From contig CACZCQ010000007.1 of the NCBI GenBank assembly GCA_902779765.1, positions 114,138 through 178,137 of the forward strand: a stretch of DNA of 64,000 nt, read 5' to 3'. The position numbers and the translations under genes were made by a program. Positions 48,943-58,472 of the stretch are shown one piece after another. The notes beneath the pieces were generated by a model. It searched no databases. It was not told the DNA's origin and saw only the letters and a list, made by a program, of their open reading frames with translations. Origin of the DNA: an uncultured Bacteroidia bacterium (lineage in GTDB: Bacteria > Bacteroidota > Bacteroidia > Bacteroidales > UBA932). Position 1 is the first letter of the stretch; each line of letters begins with the position of its first letter.

Positions 48943-49118
48943 TAAATTGTAAGCAATAAGGTTTTAAAATTTATTTTAAACGTTTTTATAGGCCTTGTAC
49001 GGCCCTGTAATGGGTGTTATTAAAACGGATTATAAAAATACCTTATTGTTTATATCTCTGTTCTTCAAGAGGTTGCAGGTAATATTCTGCACTTTAACAA
49101 AAAAAAGTTATAAAATAT

Positions 49119-49149
49119 TTTGCACAATTGAAAAAATGATATAACTTTG
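49119..49149 (+). promoter_or_regulatory. Canonical Bacteroidota promoter with no downstream annotated gene
   Basis: TTTG (49119) - 19 nt - TAACTTTG (49142). Confidence 0.75.
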
Positions 49150-49154
49150 TAATC

Positions 49155-49270
49155 GGGTTGAGTAATGAGGTTCTCTCACCAATCAACCTATTGGTTATTA
49201 GTTTTAGTGTTATTAATTATGTGGTTAGAGTGAGGGTCCACGCGGGAAGCGTCGACACTCATTTTTTTTT
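49155..49270 (+). ncRNA. Candidate ~115-nt sRNA or 22-aa hydrophobic small ORF transcript
   Basis: 5' hairpin, U/G-rich linker, GC-rich terminator with T-tract; ORF 49165-49233 MRFSHQSTYWLLVLVLLIMWLE. Confidence 0.6.
49228..49270 (+). terminator. Intrinsic terminator of the candidate small transcript
   Basis: GAGTG..GTC-C-ACGC-GGGAA-GCGT-C-GAC-ACTC followed by ATTTTTTTTT. Confidence 0.75.
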
Positions 49271-50684
49271 ATGCCTTTTTCTGCATCCTGTTGAACAGGG
49301 AAATCAGGACACATCCCAGGATTCCTGAGCAAAGCGATCCCATCAGGACGGCGACCTTGCCCATGTCGCGCAGTTTGGCCGTTATTTCCGGAGCTTGTTC
49401 ACCGAAGGACAGGGTGTCCACGAAGATGGACATCGTGAATCCGATACCTCCTAGACAGGCTACGGCGACAAGCATTTTCCAAGTGGCTCTGGCAGGCATT
49501 TCGCCGGCCTTCAGTTTGACTGCGATAAAACTGGCAAGCGAGATTCCAAGAGGTTTTCCGACCAGCAGGCCCAGGAATATTCCCATGCTTACTCCACCGA
49601 GGGCCGGATCTATGTGGAATACGTTGAAATAGGAGAGGTCCGGTATTTCCACTCCGGCATTCGCCAGAGCGAACAGCGGCATTATCAAGAAATTGACCCA
49701 CGGCTCCAGGGTGTGCTCCAGCCTGTAGCTCACAGGTATCGCTCCCTTGGAGATTGTGCTCATCCTTCTCAGGCAGTGCCTTTGCGGACCATTCGGGAAC
49801 TCTGTCGATGAAGATTCGATGAGGTTGTATTCGTTAAGCCTCTTGATATACTGAAGTCTCTTCCTGCGGAAGTAAGCCTCGTTGTAGCGAGGTACCATGG
49901 GGACCAGGAAAGCCATCACTACACCGGACATGGTCGAGTGTATGCCCGCATAATAGAACAGGGCCCAAATCGCGAGTCCCGGGAAGAAATAATACCAGCT
50001 TCTCTTCTCTCCCAGCTTGTTCATGATCAGGATGACGATGATCAGGAGGAATGCAATGCCCAGGAGAGGGAGGTTGATAGTGCCTCCGTAGAATATTGCG
50101 ACCACGAGGATGGCGATCAGGTCGTCTGCAATGGCCAGGGCGGTAAGGAAGACCTTGAGGGATACCGGGACCTTGTCGCCCAGGATTGAAAGGATACCTA
50201 CCGCAAAGGCTATATCGGTGGCCGTAGGGATTCCCCATCCGGATGCGGCGGCCGTTCCGTGGTTGACGATTGCGAATATGGCTGCAGGAGCTACGACTCC
50301 TCCGAAGGCCGCGATCACGGGCATCAGGGCCTTCTTCACACTTGAAAGTTCCCCATGCTTCATCTCACGCCGGATTTCCAGTCCGACCGTGAAGAAGAAA
50401 ATGGTCATCAGGATGTCATTGATGAATTTTTCGATGGTCATCCCATCCGGGAACATGACGTCCCTGCCACCGGGTACCTTGAAAAACAGTGAGAACTGGG
50501 TCTCGAGTACGCTGTGATAAAAATCTTTGGTAAAAGGCAGGTTGGCCAGGAGCATCGCAATGACCACACAGGCGAGGAGGATCACTCCCTGCGACCAGGG
50601 TTGCCTGGAGAAGCTGCGTCTGCGGCGTTTGAAGTTCCTGATTCCTTTAGTCCAAGTGTATAGGGGAAATAGTCTCATGATCAT
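49269..50684 (-). CDS. nhaA: Na+/H+ antiporter NhaA
   Basis: INDILM, FFFTVGLE, GWGIPTATDIAF, LAIADD, LGGIGFTMS. Confidence 0.95.
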   Translation of the reverse strand: MIMRLFPLYTWTKGIRNFKRRRRSFSRQPWSQGVILLACVVIAMLLANLPFTKDFYHSVLETQFSLFFKVPGGRDVMFPDGMTIEKFINDILMTIFFFTVGLEIRREMKHGELSSVKKALMPVIAAFGGVVAPAAIFAIVNHGTAAASGWGIPTATDIAFAVGILSILGDKVPVSLKVFLTALAIADDLIAILVVAIFYGGTINLPLLGIAFLLIIVILIMNKLGEKRSWYYFFPGLAIWALFYYAGIHSTMSGVVMAFLVPMVPRYNEAYFRRKRLQYIKRLNEYNLIESSSTEFPNGPQRHCLRRMSTISKGAIPVSYRLEHTLEPWVNFLIMPLFALANAGVEIPDLSYFNVFHIDPALGGVSMGIFLGLLVGKPLGISLASFIAVKLKAGEMPARATWKMLVAVACLGGIGFTMSIFVDTLSFGEQAPEITAKLRDMGKVAVLMGSLCSGILGCVLISLFNRMQKKA

Positions 50685-51947
50685 TTATTCTCCGTATAAA
50701 TATTTCTTTTGTCTTTCAGTCAGTCTGTCGATCGTGACGCCCCAGGTGCCAAGCTTGCGGAGTGCCACCTCCCGGTCGATTTCCTCGGGAACGCGGTGCA
50801 GCATGCTTACCGGTTCCTGAGCTTGTCGAAGGGCCTCCCTGTTGTCGGCCAGATATTTTGCACTCAAAGCCTGGATGGCGAAGGACATGTCCATGATCTC
50901 TGCAGGATGGCCGTCTCCGGCGGCAAGGTTGACAAGACGTCCTTCCGCCAGTAAATAAATGCGGCGTCCGTCCTCGAGAACATATTCCATGATATTGTTC
51001 CTGGCCGGTTTGATGTCGACGGCGATCTCCTTCAGCTGCCTTACGGACACTTCACAGTCGAAATGACCGGCGTTGCAGCATATGGCACCGTCCTTCATGA
51101 CCAGGAAATGCTCCCTGGTGATCACATCCTCGCATCCTGTCACAGTCACGAATATATCCCCGACCTTGGCAGCCTCGGCCATGGTCATTACCCTGAAACC
51201 GTCCATGACGGCCTCCATGGCCTTTACCGGATCCACTTCGGTGACAATCACCCTGGCTCCGAGGCCCTTGGCCCTCATGGCAACGCCTTTGCCGCACCAG
51301 CCATAACCGGCCACGACCACATCCTTGCCTGCCACTATGAGGTTGGTTGTCCTGTCAATCCCGTCCCAGACCGACTGGCCGGTGCCGTAACGGTTGTCAA
51401 AAAGATGCTTGCAGTCAGCGTCATTGACCAGCATCATCGGGAACAGCAGTTTCCGCTCACGGTCCATGGCTTCCAGCCGGAGGATTCCGGTCGTAGTCTC
51501 CTCGCATCCTCCGATCACATTCGGAATAAACTGGGGATAATTGTCATGGATCATGGTCACAAGGTCACCTCCGTCATCGATGATGATGTTCGGTCCGGCT
51601 TCGATGACCCGGCGGATGCCGTGCTCATACTCTTCAGGAGAAGCCCCGTGGACGGCGAATACGTTCAGGCCTTCGTGAACAAGGGCGGCCGCCACGTCAT
51701 CCTGGGTCGACAGTGGATTGCTGCCGGTGATGAACATCTCGGCTCCGCCTTCTGCCAGGACTTCGCAGAGATGGGCTGTCTTGGCTTCAAGATGCACCGA
51801 AAGGGCGATTTTCAGTCCTTTGAATGGTTTGTTTTCCTTGAATTCTTTCTCGAGTCCTTCCAGCAGGGGCATATGGTTCCTTACCCAGCTGATTTTCAGC
51901 TCTCCGCTCTCCCACGACCCGGGGTCCCGAATTTCGCTTTTAATCAC
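50685..51947 (-). CDS. ahcY: Adenosylhomocysteinase
   Basis: SNPLSTQD, DDGGD, EETTTG, KHLFDNRYGTGQS, GYGWCGKG, NAGHF, GHPAEIMDMSF. GTG start. Confidence 0.95.
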   Translation of the reverse strand: MIKSEIRDPGSWESGELKISWVRNHMPLLEGLEKEFKENKPFKGLKIALSVHLEAKTAHLCEVLAEGGAEMFITGSNPLSTQDDVAAALVHEGLNVFAVHGASPEEYEHGIRRVIEAGPNIIIDDGGDLVTMIHDNYPQFIPNVIGGCEETTTGILRLEAMDRERKLLFPMMLVNDADCKHLFDNRYGTGQSVWDGIDRTTNLIVAGKDVVVAGYGWCGKGVAMRAKGLGARVIVTEVDPVKAMEAVMDGFRVMTMAEAAKVGDIFVTVTGCEDVITREHFLVMKDGAICCNAGHFDCEVSVRQLKEIAVDIKPARNNIMEYVLEDGRRIYLLAEGRLVNLAAGDGHPAEIMDMSFAIQALSAKYLADNREALRQAQEPVSMLHRVPEEIDREVALRKLGTWGVTIDRLTERQKKYLYGE

Positions 51948-51969
51948 AGTTCCTTATTATTACGTAGTG

Positions 51970-52019
51970 CAAATATAGCCAATTATTTTTGCCCGTCTTG
52001 ATAATAAACCCTAATTTTG
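51970..52019. promoter_or_regulatory. Divergent promoters for ahcY and fabG
   Basis: CAAATATA at 51970 (minus); TTTG at 51988 - 20 nt - TAATTTTG at 52012 (plus). Confidence 0.7.
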
Positions 52020-52097
52020 TCGCTCGCCGGGAGGGAGGAGTTGTACCGTTGGCACCACTGCCACCCTCGGAGATACAGAATTTATAAAATCGATATT

Positions 52098-52844
52098 ATG
52101 GGATTATTGGAAGGAAAAGTCGCCCTTGTGACGGGCGCTGCAAGAGGAATCGGCAAGGCGATAGCCCTTAAGTTCGCCTCCGAAGGAGCAGACGTGGCAT
52201 TCACCGACCTCGTGATCAACGAGGCTGCAGAGGAAACTATCAAGGAGCTTGAGGCTTTCGGCCACAAGGTCAGGGGATATGCCTCCAACGCAGCTGATTT
52301 CGAGCAGACCCATGCCGTGGTCGAGCAGATTGTCGCCGATTTCGGAAGGGTTGACATCCTTGTCAACAACGCAGGCATCACCAAGGACGGACTTATGATG
52401 AGGATGACCGAACAGCAGTGGGATGCCGTCATCGGCGTCAACCTAAAGTCGGCATTCAACTTCATCCATGCCCTCACTCCCATCATGGCACGCCAGAGGG
52501 GTGGAAGCATCATCAACATGTCTTCTGTCGTGGGTGTTTCCGGAAATGCAGGACAGTGCAACTATTCCGCATCGAAGGCCGGAATGATCGGACTCGCCAA
52601 GTCCATAGCCAAGGAAATGGGACCCCGTGGAATCAGGGCGAACTGCATCGCTCCCGGATTCATCATTTCCGACATGACCAACGCCCTTCCCCAGGACGTC
52701 CGTGACGCCTGGACGAAGCAGATCCCTCTCCGCAGGGGTGGAACTCCCGAGGATGTCGCCAATGTGGCCCTCTTCCTCGCCAGTGACCTTTCAAGCTATG
52801 TCAGCGGCCAGGTCATCCACTGCTGCGGCGCAATGAACTGCTAA
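52098..52844 (+). CDS. fabG: 3-oxoacyl-ACP reductase
   Basis: TGAARGIG, NNAGITKD, NYSASKAG, APGFI. Start MGLL at 52098. Confidence 0.95.
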   Translation: MGLLEGKVALVTGAARGIGKAIALKFASEGADVAFTDLVINEAAEETIKELEAFGHKVRGYASNAADFEQTHAVVEQIVADFGRVDILVNNAGITKDGLMMRMTEQQWDAVIGVNLKSAFNFIHALTPIMARQRGGSIINMSSVVGVSGNAGQCNYSASKAGMIGLAKSIAKEMGPRGIRANCIAPGFIISDMTNALPQDVRDAWTKQIPLRRGGTPEDVANVALFLASDLSSYVSGQVIHCCGAMNC

Positions 52845-52848
52845 TCCT

Positions 52849-53943
52849 TTAACGGAAATCTTCGTAGCCCGGCATTCCCAGGCCTGAGATGAACTCCCTG
52901 AACTGCTTGTCGTCACGCGGGCAGATCAGGAGTGCATCTTCCATATCGATCACAAGGTAATCCTTGAGCCCCTTGATGGCGTAGATCTTCTTCTTGTTCT
53001 CGGTGATGACCAGGTTGTTCCTGTCTTCGGTGAACAGGTTGTTGTCCGTGTTGACGGCATTGCCTTTCTCATCCTTGCTGACAATCGCATTGAAAAGGGA
53101 ATTCCAGCTGTCGATATCGGACCAGCCGAACTTCACCGGGTACAGCCAGGCGAGATCAGTCTTTTCCATCACTCCATAGTCTATGGAAATCTTCGGGCAG
53201 TCGGAATAGACCTTTTCAAGGAATACGGCCTCGTCAGGACGTCCCAGGTGATTCTCCCAACCGTTGAATAGAGAGATGACGTCGGGAATATACTTCTCCA
53301 TCTCTTCCTTGATCACGGAAGCCTTCCAGGCGAAAATACCGGAGTTCCAGAAAAACTCACCGCTCTTGCAGAATACCTCGGCCAGTGTCTTGTCCGGTTT
53401 CTCAGTGAAGGTCTTGACCTTTACAGGCCGGTCGGACTGGGCGGCTGCCTTGCCTCCTGCCACCTGGATGTATCCATAACCGGTGTCCGGTCCGGTAGGA
53501 GTGATGCCCATGGTCATCAGGGCATTGCAGTTCTCGGCATATTCCATGATTTCCAGCACGGCCTTCCTGAAAGCTTCTTCATCCGTGATGATATGGTCTG
53601 CAGGGGTGGCCACGATGGTGGCGTCGGGGTTTTTCCGGATAATCCTGAATGTCGAATACGCAAGGCAGGGGGCAGTATTTCGGCTGTATGGCTCAAGCAG
53701 AAGATTTTCCTTTGGGAGTTCAGGGATCTGTTCCCTGACCAGTTCACCGAATTTGTTGAGGGTTACGACCAGGATGTTTTCGGGAGGGACAATCCTTGAG
53801 AAACGGTCGTAAGTCATCCTTATGAAAGATCTTCCAGTGCTGGCAATATCCAGGAACTGTTTCGGGCGGGACTCCCGGCTTATCGGCCAAAAATGGTTTG
53901 CGGAGCCTCCGGCCATGATGACACAGTAACGATTGTCATTCAT
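52849..53943 (-). CDS. manC: Mannose-1-phosphate guanylyltransferase
   Basis: IMAGGS...WPISR..PKQF, RNTAP, PADH, GYGYI, FTEKP, WNSG, GWSD. Start MNDNRY. Confidence 0.9.
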   Translation of the reverse strand: MNDNRYCVIMAGGSANHFWPISRESRPKQFLDIASTGRSFIRMTYDRFSRIVPPENILVVTLNKFGELVREQIPELPKENLLLEPYSRNTAPCLAYSTFRIIRKNPDATIVATPADHIITDEEAFRKAVLEIMEYAENCNALMTMGITPTGPDTGYGYIQVAGGKAAAQSDRPVKVKTFTEKPDKTLAEVFCKSGEFFWNSGIFAWKASVIKEEMEKYIPDVISLFNGWENHLGRPDEAVFLEKVYSDCPKISIDYGVMEKTDLAWLYPVKFGWSDIDSWNSLFNAIVSKDEKGNAVNTDNNLFTEDRNNLVITENKKKIYAIKGLKDYLVIDMEDALLICPRDDKQFREFISGLGMPGYEDFR

Positions 53944-53973
53944 ATGAAATGGATCAGAGCTGTTTGTCAAAAT

Positions 53974-54375
53974 CTATACATATAGTGGAATGTAAGCGCC
54001 AGGGAACCATTCCACACGTTCTTCCCCCTTGTCGAATGTCACTGCCAGCACATCGAAGAAAACCTCCCGGGCTTCCCTTTCCGAGCTTCTCCCATATCTA
54101 TGGAGATAACGCAAGGCTGCCGTGGTTATCTTTCTCTGTTTCAGCCGTGTAACACTCTCTTCCGGTTCTGCGGCAACAGGAGCCACACGACTCTTAACCT
54201 CTACAAAATGCACGCCGTAGCCATCGACCGAAATTATGTCAATCTCCAGATGTCCCGACCTGTAATTCCTTTCCAGTATCCGGTGTCCCATCCTTTCCAG
54301 GAAAGAGCAGGCCACATCTTCACCCCTCTTCCCCAACAGCATCCTCGCTGTCGGTTTCCTTTCCTTGTCTTTCAT
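53974..54375 (-). CDS. yraN: YraN family protein
   Basis: LGKRGED, ERNYR, EIDII, FVEVKSR, FDV. Confidence 0.92.
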   Translation of the reverse strand: MKDKERKPTARMLLGKRGEDVACSFLERMGHRILERNYRSGHLEIDIISVDGYGVHFVEVKSRVAPVAAEPEESVTRLKQRKITTAALRYLHRYGRSSEREAREVFFDVLAVTFDKGEERVEWFPGAYIPLYV

Positions 54376-54392
54376 AGTCCTTATATGTTCTG

Positions 54393-56912
54393 TTATTCAA
54401 ATTGCACAATGGTGACTCCCGATCCTCCGAACTGGATATGTTCGTCATGTACAGAAGTCACACCGGGAATGGTCCGCAGATATTTCTGGAGTTCATCCCG
54501 CAGGGCTCCCGTGCCCTTGCCGTGGATGATCCGGACCGACCCGACACCCAGCATTATGGCGTCATCTATATAATGGATGACTATGTCAAGGGCATCTGAA
54601 ACCCTTTCTCCCCTGACATCCAGTTCGGGGGAGAAGCGAAGCCTCCTTTCCCGAAGTCCGGAGTTGTCTATCCCGGACCTGGGCTGCAGCGTTTCCTTCC
54701 TTGCGGCCTTGAATTCGTTGGACGATATCCTGTCCACCTTGTCAAGGGGCATCTTGCTCGTTATGTTTCCGATGGCAACCGTGACGGCCTTGTTGGACAC
54801 ACGGACCACCTCTCCTACCATGCCGTTGTCCTTGACCTTCACCTTCTCCCCGACCTTGAGCGGACCGGACCGGAACTGATCGGGGGAAGGAGCCGTCTCC
54901 GTTTCCGGACGGTTTCCTTTCCGCGCGGCGGAACGCTGCCTGCGGTCGGACAGTTGCTTCAGCTTCTTTTCGATGTAATCGTCATGGGTCTTCTGTTCGC
55001 TTTCCTTCTTTGTCTGGAGGGCGGTCAGGAATTCCTGGAGATCTTTCCTTGCGCCGGAGGTCTTCTCCTTGTCTGCCTGGGATTCCTTGATGGTCCTGAT
55101 TGTGTTTTCAACGGTCCTGTTCGCTCCCTGGACTATCTCCTGGGCTTCCTTCTTGGCCTGGTCCAGGATCTCTTTCTTGGTCTGCTTGATTCCTTCCAGC
55201 TCTTTCTGGTAACGTTCAGTCAGGCTGTCCAGGGTCTTGTCGGTATTCTTGATTTTCTGGAGCTTCTCATCAAGGGCCCTCCTGTTGCGGACGATCTTGC
55301 GGAGATTCCTCTCCATTCCTACGAATTCTTCCCCGGCCCGGTTCTCGGCATCCTTCACGATATTCTCCGGAAGTCCCATCTTCCTTGCCAGTTCGAAGGC
55401 GAAGGAATTGCCCGGCAGGCCGATGTCCAGCTTGAACAGAGGCTGGATCTTGGCCGCGTCGAACTGCATTGCTCCGTTGATCACCCCTGTTTCGGAACCG
55501 GAGGCGTAAAGCTTCAGGTTGGTGTAATGGGTCGTGATCACTCCGTAGGTCCCCCTCTTGTCCATTTCGCTCAGGATAGCCTCCGCTATGGCTCCTCCGG
55601 CTGCCGGTTCGGTGCCGGAGCCGAACTCGTCGATCAGGATAAGCGTCCTGTCATCGGCTTCCTTGAGCATGGTCTTCATATCCTCGAGGAAAGAACTGTA
55701 TGTGCTGAGGTCGTTCTCGATGCTCTGGTCATCGCCTATGCTGACCATGATCCGGTCGAAGACAGGAAGTTCGGAAGTTTCCGAAGTCGGTACCAGCATA
55801 CCCCACTGGAACATGTACTGGAGCAGTCCGGCAGTCTTGAGGCATACGGACTTGCCACCAGCGTTCGGGCCGGAAATGAGAAGGATATGCTTTGCTGGGG
55901 TCAGCTTGACGGTCACCGGTACGATGGTCCTTTTCTCCCTTGCAAGAGCCTTCTCCAGCAAAGGGTGCCTGGCCTTGCGCAGGTTCATCTCCCCGTTGTC
56001 GGAAATAAGGGGCATCCCAGCCTTGAAATCCAGGGAAACCTGGGCTTTCGCCACCAGGAAATCTATCTCTCCAAGATACTCTGCGGAATTAATCAGGCTG
56101 GGAACATATGGCCTGACGAAGTCGCTGAATGCGGCAAGGATACGCTGTATTTCCTGGACTTCTTCAGATCGGAGGGTGACTATCTCGTTTTCAAGTTCTA
56201 TGATTTCGGCAGGTTCCACGAACGCGGTCTTGCCGGTCGCGGAAGTGTCGTATACGAATCCCTGGATCTTTTTCTTGCTGGAACTGTTGACGGGTATCAG
56301 CAGCTTTCCGTCGCGTACGGACAGGCTGGCATCCTCGTCCACGATCCCGTCTGCCTGGGCCTGCTTGAGGATTGCATTGGCTCTCTTTGAAATCGCCCCT
56401 TCCTTTGACTTGAGGCTCCTGCGTATCTGTAGGAGGGCGTCGGAAGCAGTGTCCTTGACGTCTCCGTATTTGTCGAGGATTACATCGATACGTCTCTGTA
56501 CTTCGGGGAAGCTCATGACGGGAGCGCTCATCTTCTTCAGGTTCGGGTATATCCCGTCCTTTATGGACATGAAGAAATTGGTGAGCTTCCGCACTGTCTC
56601 GACCATGGTGCGGAGTTTGCCCAGGGATCCCAGGTCGATGTTCCATCCTTCGTTGGAGAGGGGTTCGAGGAAATCCAGGCAGTCGATGTAGCCGTTGGTC
56701 GGGAAGCTCTCCTCGAACATCATGATGAGCCTCATCTCGTCCGTAAGGGCGAGCCTGCGGGATATTTCATCAGGGTCACTGGAGAACGACTCTTCCGCCA
56801 CGCGGGCTACGGCATACTCGGTCGAGCAACGGTCGGACACCATGGTCCTGACCTTGTCGAACCCCAATTTGCCTTCAAGCCTCCTGTCAATTACTTTTTC
56901 TGTCCCCTCCAT
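54393..56912 (-). CDS. mutS2: Endonuclease MutS2
   Basis: ISGPNAGGKS, LSTYSS, DEFGSGTEP, TTHY; C-terminal Smr domain IIHGKGTG. Confidence 0.95.
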   Translation of the reverse strand: MEGTEKVIDRRLEGKLGFDKVRTMVSDRCSTEYAVARVAEESFSSDPDEISRRLALTDEMRLIMMFEESFPTNGYIDCLDFLEPLSNEGWNIDLGSLGKLRTMVETVRKLTNFFMSIKDGIYPNLKKMSAPVMSFPEVQRRIDVILDKYGDVKDTASDALLQIRRSLKSKEGAISKRANAILKQAQADGIVDEDASLSVRDGKLLIPVNSSSKKKIQGFVYDTSATGKTAFVEPAEIIELENEIVTLRSEEVQEIQRILAAFSDFVRPYVPSLINSAEYLGEIDFLVAKAQVSLDFKAGMPLISDNGEMNLRKARHPLLEKALAREKRTIVPVTVKLTPAKHILLISGPNAGGKSVCLKTAGLLQYMFQWGMLVPTSETSELPVFDRIMVSIGDDQSIENDLSTYSSFLEDMKTMLKEADDRTLILIDEFGSGTEPAAGGAIAEAILSEMDKRGTYGVITTHYTNLKLYASGSETGVINGAMQFDAAKIQPLFKLDIGLPGNSFAFELARKMGLPENIVKDAENRAGEEFVGMERNLRKIVRNRRALDEKLQKIKNTDKTLDSLTERYQKELEGIKQTKKEILDQAKKEAQEIVQGANRTVENTIRTIKESQADKEKTSGARKDLQEFLTALQTKKESEQKTHDDYIEKKLKQLSDRRQRSAARKGNRPETETAPSPDQFRSGPLKVGEKVKVKDNGMVGEVVRVSNKAVTVAIGNITSKMPLDKVDRISSNEFKAARKETLQPRSGIDNSGLRERRLRFSPELDVRGERVSDALDIVIHYIDDAIMLGVGSVRIIHGKGTGALRDELQKYLRTIPGVTSVHDEHIQFGGSGVTIVQFE

Positions 56913-56918
56913 GTCGCC

Positions 56919-57728
56919 CTATGCTTTTTCTTCCTGCGGTCCAAGCTTGAGTTTGAGTTCGTTTATATTGCCGATACCTGTCAGCACCCCTTCGTGGACG
57001 AATGAGATGTCACCGGTTTCCTCGGAGACCACAATCACATTGGCATCGGTCTCCTCGGATATTCCTATGGCAGCCTTGTGTCTCATGCCGAACTCGGGAG
57101 GTATGTCGGTCCTCTGCGTGATGGGCAGGGTGCAACGAGCGGCCGTGACACGGTCGCCTTCGATGACCATCGCTCCGTCGTGGAGAGGGGAATTCTTGAA
57201 GAAGATATTCATGATCAACCTCCTGGAGACCTTGGCATCGACGATGTCTCCGGTCTCGGCTATGTAGTTCAGGGAATCCTTGCGCGGAAGGACGATAAGC
57301 GCTCCAGTCCTCTCGGCCGACATGGCCCTGCAAGCCTCGGCGATCTCATTGACCGTTTCGTTGGCAAGCTTCTGTTCCTCGACTCCGAACAACCGTCCGA
57401 GAAGGTCCCTTCCCTTGCCTGCAACACCGTTCCTGGATCCGAGCCTCATCAGGAAGTGCCTGACCTCCGGCTGGAAGATCACGATCAACGCCAGCACACC
57501 TACATCTATAAATGTACCGAGCAGGGCGTTCATCAGCCTCATGTTGAAGGCCGCAACCAGCACCCGCAATACGAACAGCAGGATGATGGCAATGAATATG
57601 CTCATGGCAGCAGATCCCCTGATCCAGCGGAAAACGAGGTAGATCAGGATGGCCACCATCAGGATGTCCAGGCAGTCGGCGAACGACAGGTTCAGGAAAC
57701 CGAATATCGATAATGGAGCGACAGTCAT
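56919..57728 (-). CDS. cdaA: Diadenylate cyclase CdaA
   Basis: Three TM helices, IFQPEVR, PLHDGA, GMRHKAA, VSEETG. Confidence 0.93.
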   Translation of the reverse strand: MTVAPLSIFGFLNLSFADCLDILMVAILIYLVFRWIRGSAAMSIFIAIILLFVLRVLVAAFNMRLMNALLGTFIDVGVLALIVIFQPEVRHFLMRLGSRNGVAGKGRDLLGRLFGVEEQKLANETVNEIAEACRAMSAERTGALIVLPRKDSLNYIAETGDIVDAKVSRRLIMNIFFKNSPLHDGAMVIEGDRVTAARCTLPITQRTDIPPEFGMRHKAAIGISEETDANVIVVSEETGDISFVHEGVLTGIGNINELKLKLGPQEEKA

Positions 57729-57749
57729 TCCGTTCTTTTATCAGTGCTG

Positions 57750-57830
57750 CAAAGATAGCGATTTCTCTTTGATTATTAGGGATTAGCGTTGTTGAAAACT
57801 TTGTTAATTGAAAAATAATTCGTACATTTG
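57750..57830. promoter_or_regulatory. Divergent promoters for cdaA and rplC
   Basis: CAAAGATA at 57750 (minus); TTTG at 57800 - 19 nt - TACATTTG at 57823 (plus). Confidence 0.75.
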
Positions 57831-57890
57831 CTGCCCGCAAAATTGTGCGGAATAACGTAAAGTATTTAGTTACAATTAATTAATCAACCA

Positions 57891-58470
57891 ATGCCTGGAT
57901 TAATTGGAAAGAAAATCGGAATGACTTCCGTTTTCGGTGCTGATGGAAAAAATATTCCATGCACCGTCATCGAGGCTGGTCCGTGAGGCCGTGCAGCTTG
58001 CCTATGACGAAATCAAGGAGATACACGCCAGCGAGCCCCTCAAGGGCCATTTCAAAAAGGCAGGGACCACCCCCAAGCGCAAGCTCGTCGAATTCCCGGC
58101 GGACTTCCAGGGTGAGCTCAAGCTCGGAGACACCATCACCGTAGACGTCATGAACGGCGTCAAGTTCGTTGATGTTGTCGGTACTTCTAAAGGTAAAGGT
58201 TTCCAGGGCGTTGTCCACCGTTATCACTTCGCCGGTGTCGGTGGTGCGACCCATGGACAGCACAACAGGCTTCGCAAGCCCGGTTCCCTCGGTGCTTCAT
58301 CTTGGCCTTCCCGCGTATTCCCCGGTATGAGGATGGGCGGCCACATGGGCAACGAAAGGGTAAAGGTCTTCAACCTCGAGGTTGTTAAGGTTATCCCTGA
58401 AAACAATCTTCTCGTCATCAAGGGTTCCGTTCCCGGAGCCAAGGGTTCATACGTAGCATTGGAGTTTTAG
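57891..58470 (+). pseudogene. rplC: 50S ribosomal protein L3, frameshifted as sequenced (real lesion or assembly artefact)
   Basis: [15 protein letters not shown]...TVIEAGP then TGA at 57984; L3 resumes in another frame as EAVQLAY...; the usual ~14-codon CVVTQ...DGY segment is missing. Confidence 0.85.
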
Positions 58471-58472
58471 TT

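Noticed and set aside
48943-49140. Second AT-rich region as an alternative oriC or dif site
   Set aside because: No cluster of TTWTCAACA/TTWTNCACA boxes and no XerD-type TTATGTTAAAT arm; better explained as the upstream region of the small transcript.
48063-49230. Possible toxin-antitoxin pairing between the two small transcripts flanking comF
   Set aside because: Complementarity between the A/C-rich loop and the U/G-rich linker is limited to short gapped matches (TTGG, TAGTTT), expected by composition. An IntaRNA run with shuffled controls would be needed.
51948-51980. SAH riboswitch upstream of ahcY
   Set aside because: The predicted leader is only ~15-20 nt and lacks the conserved core.
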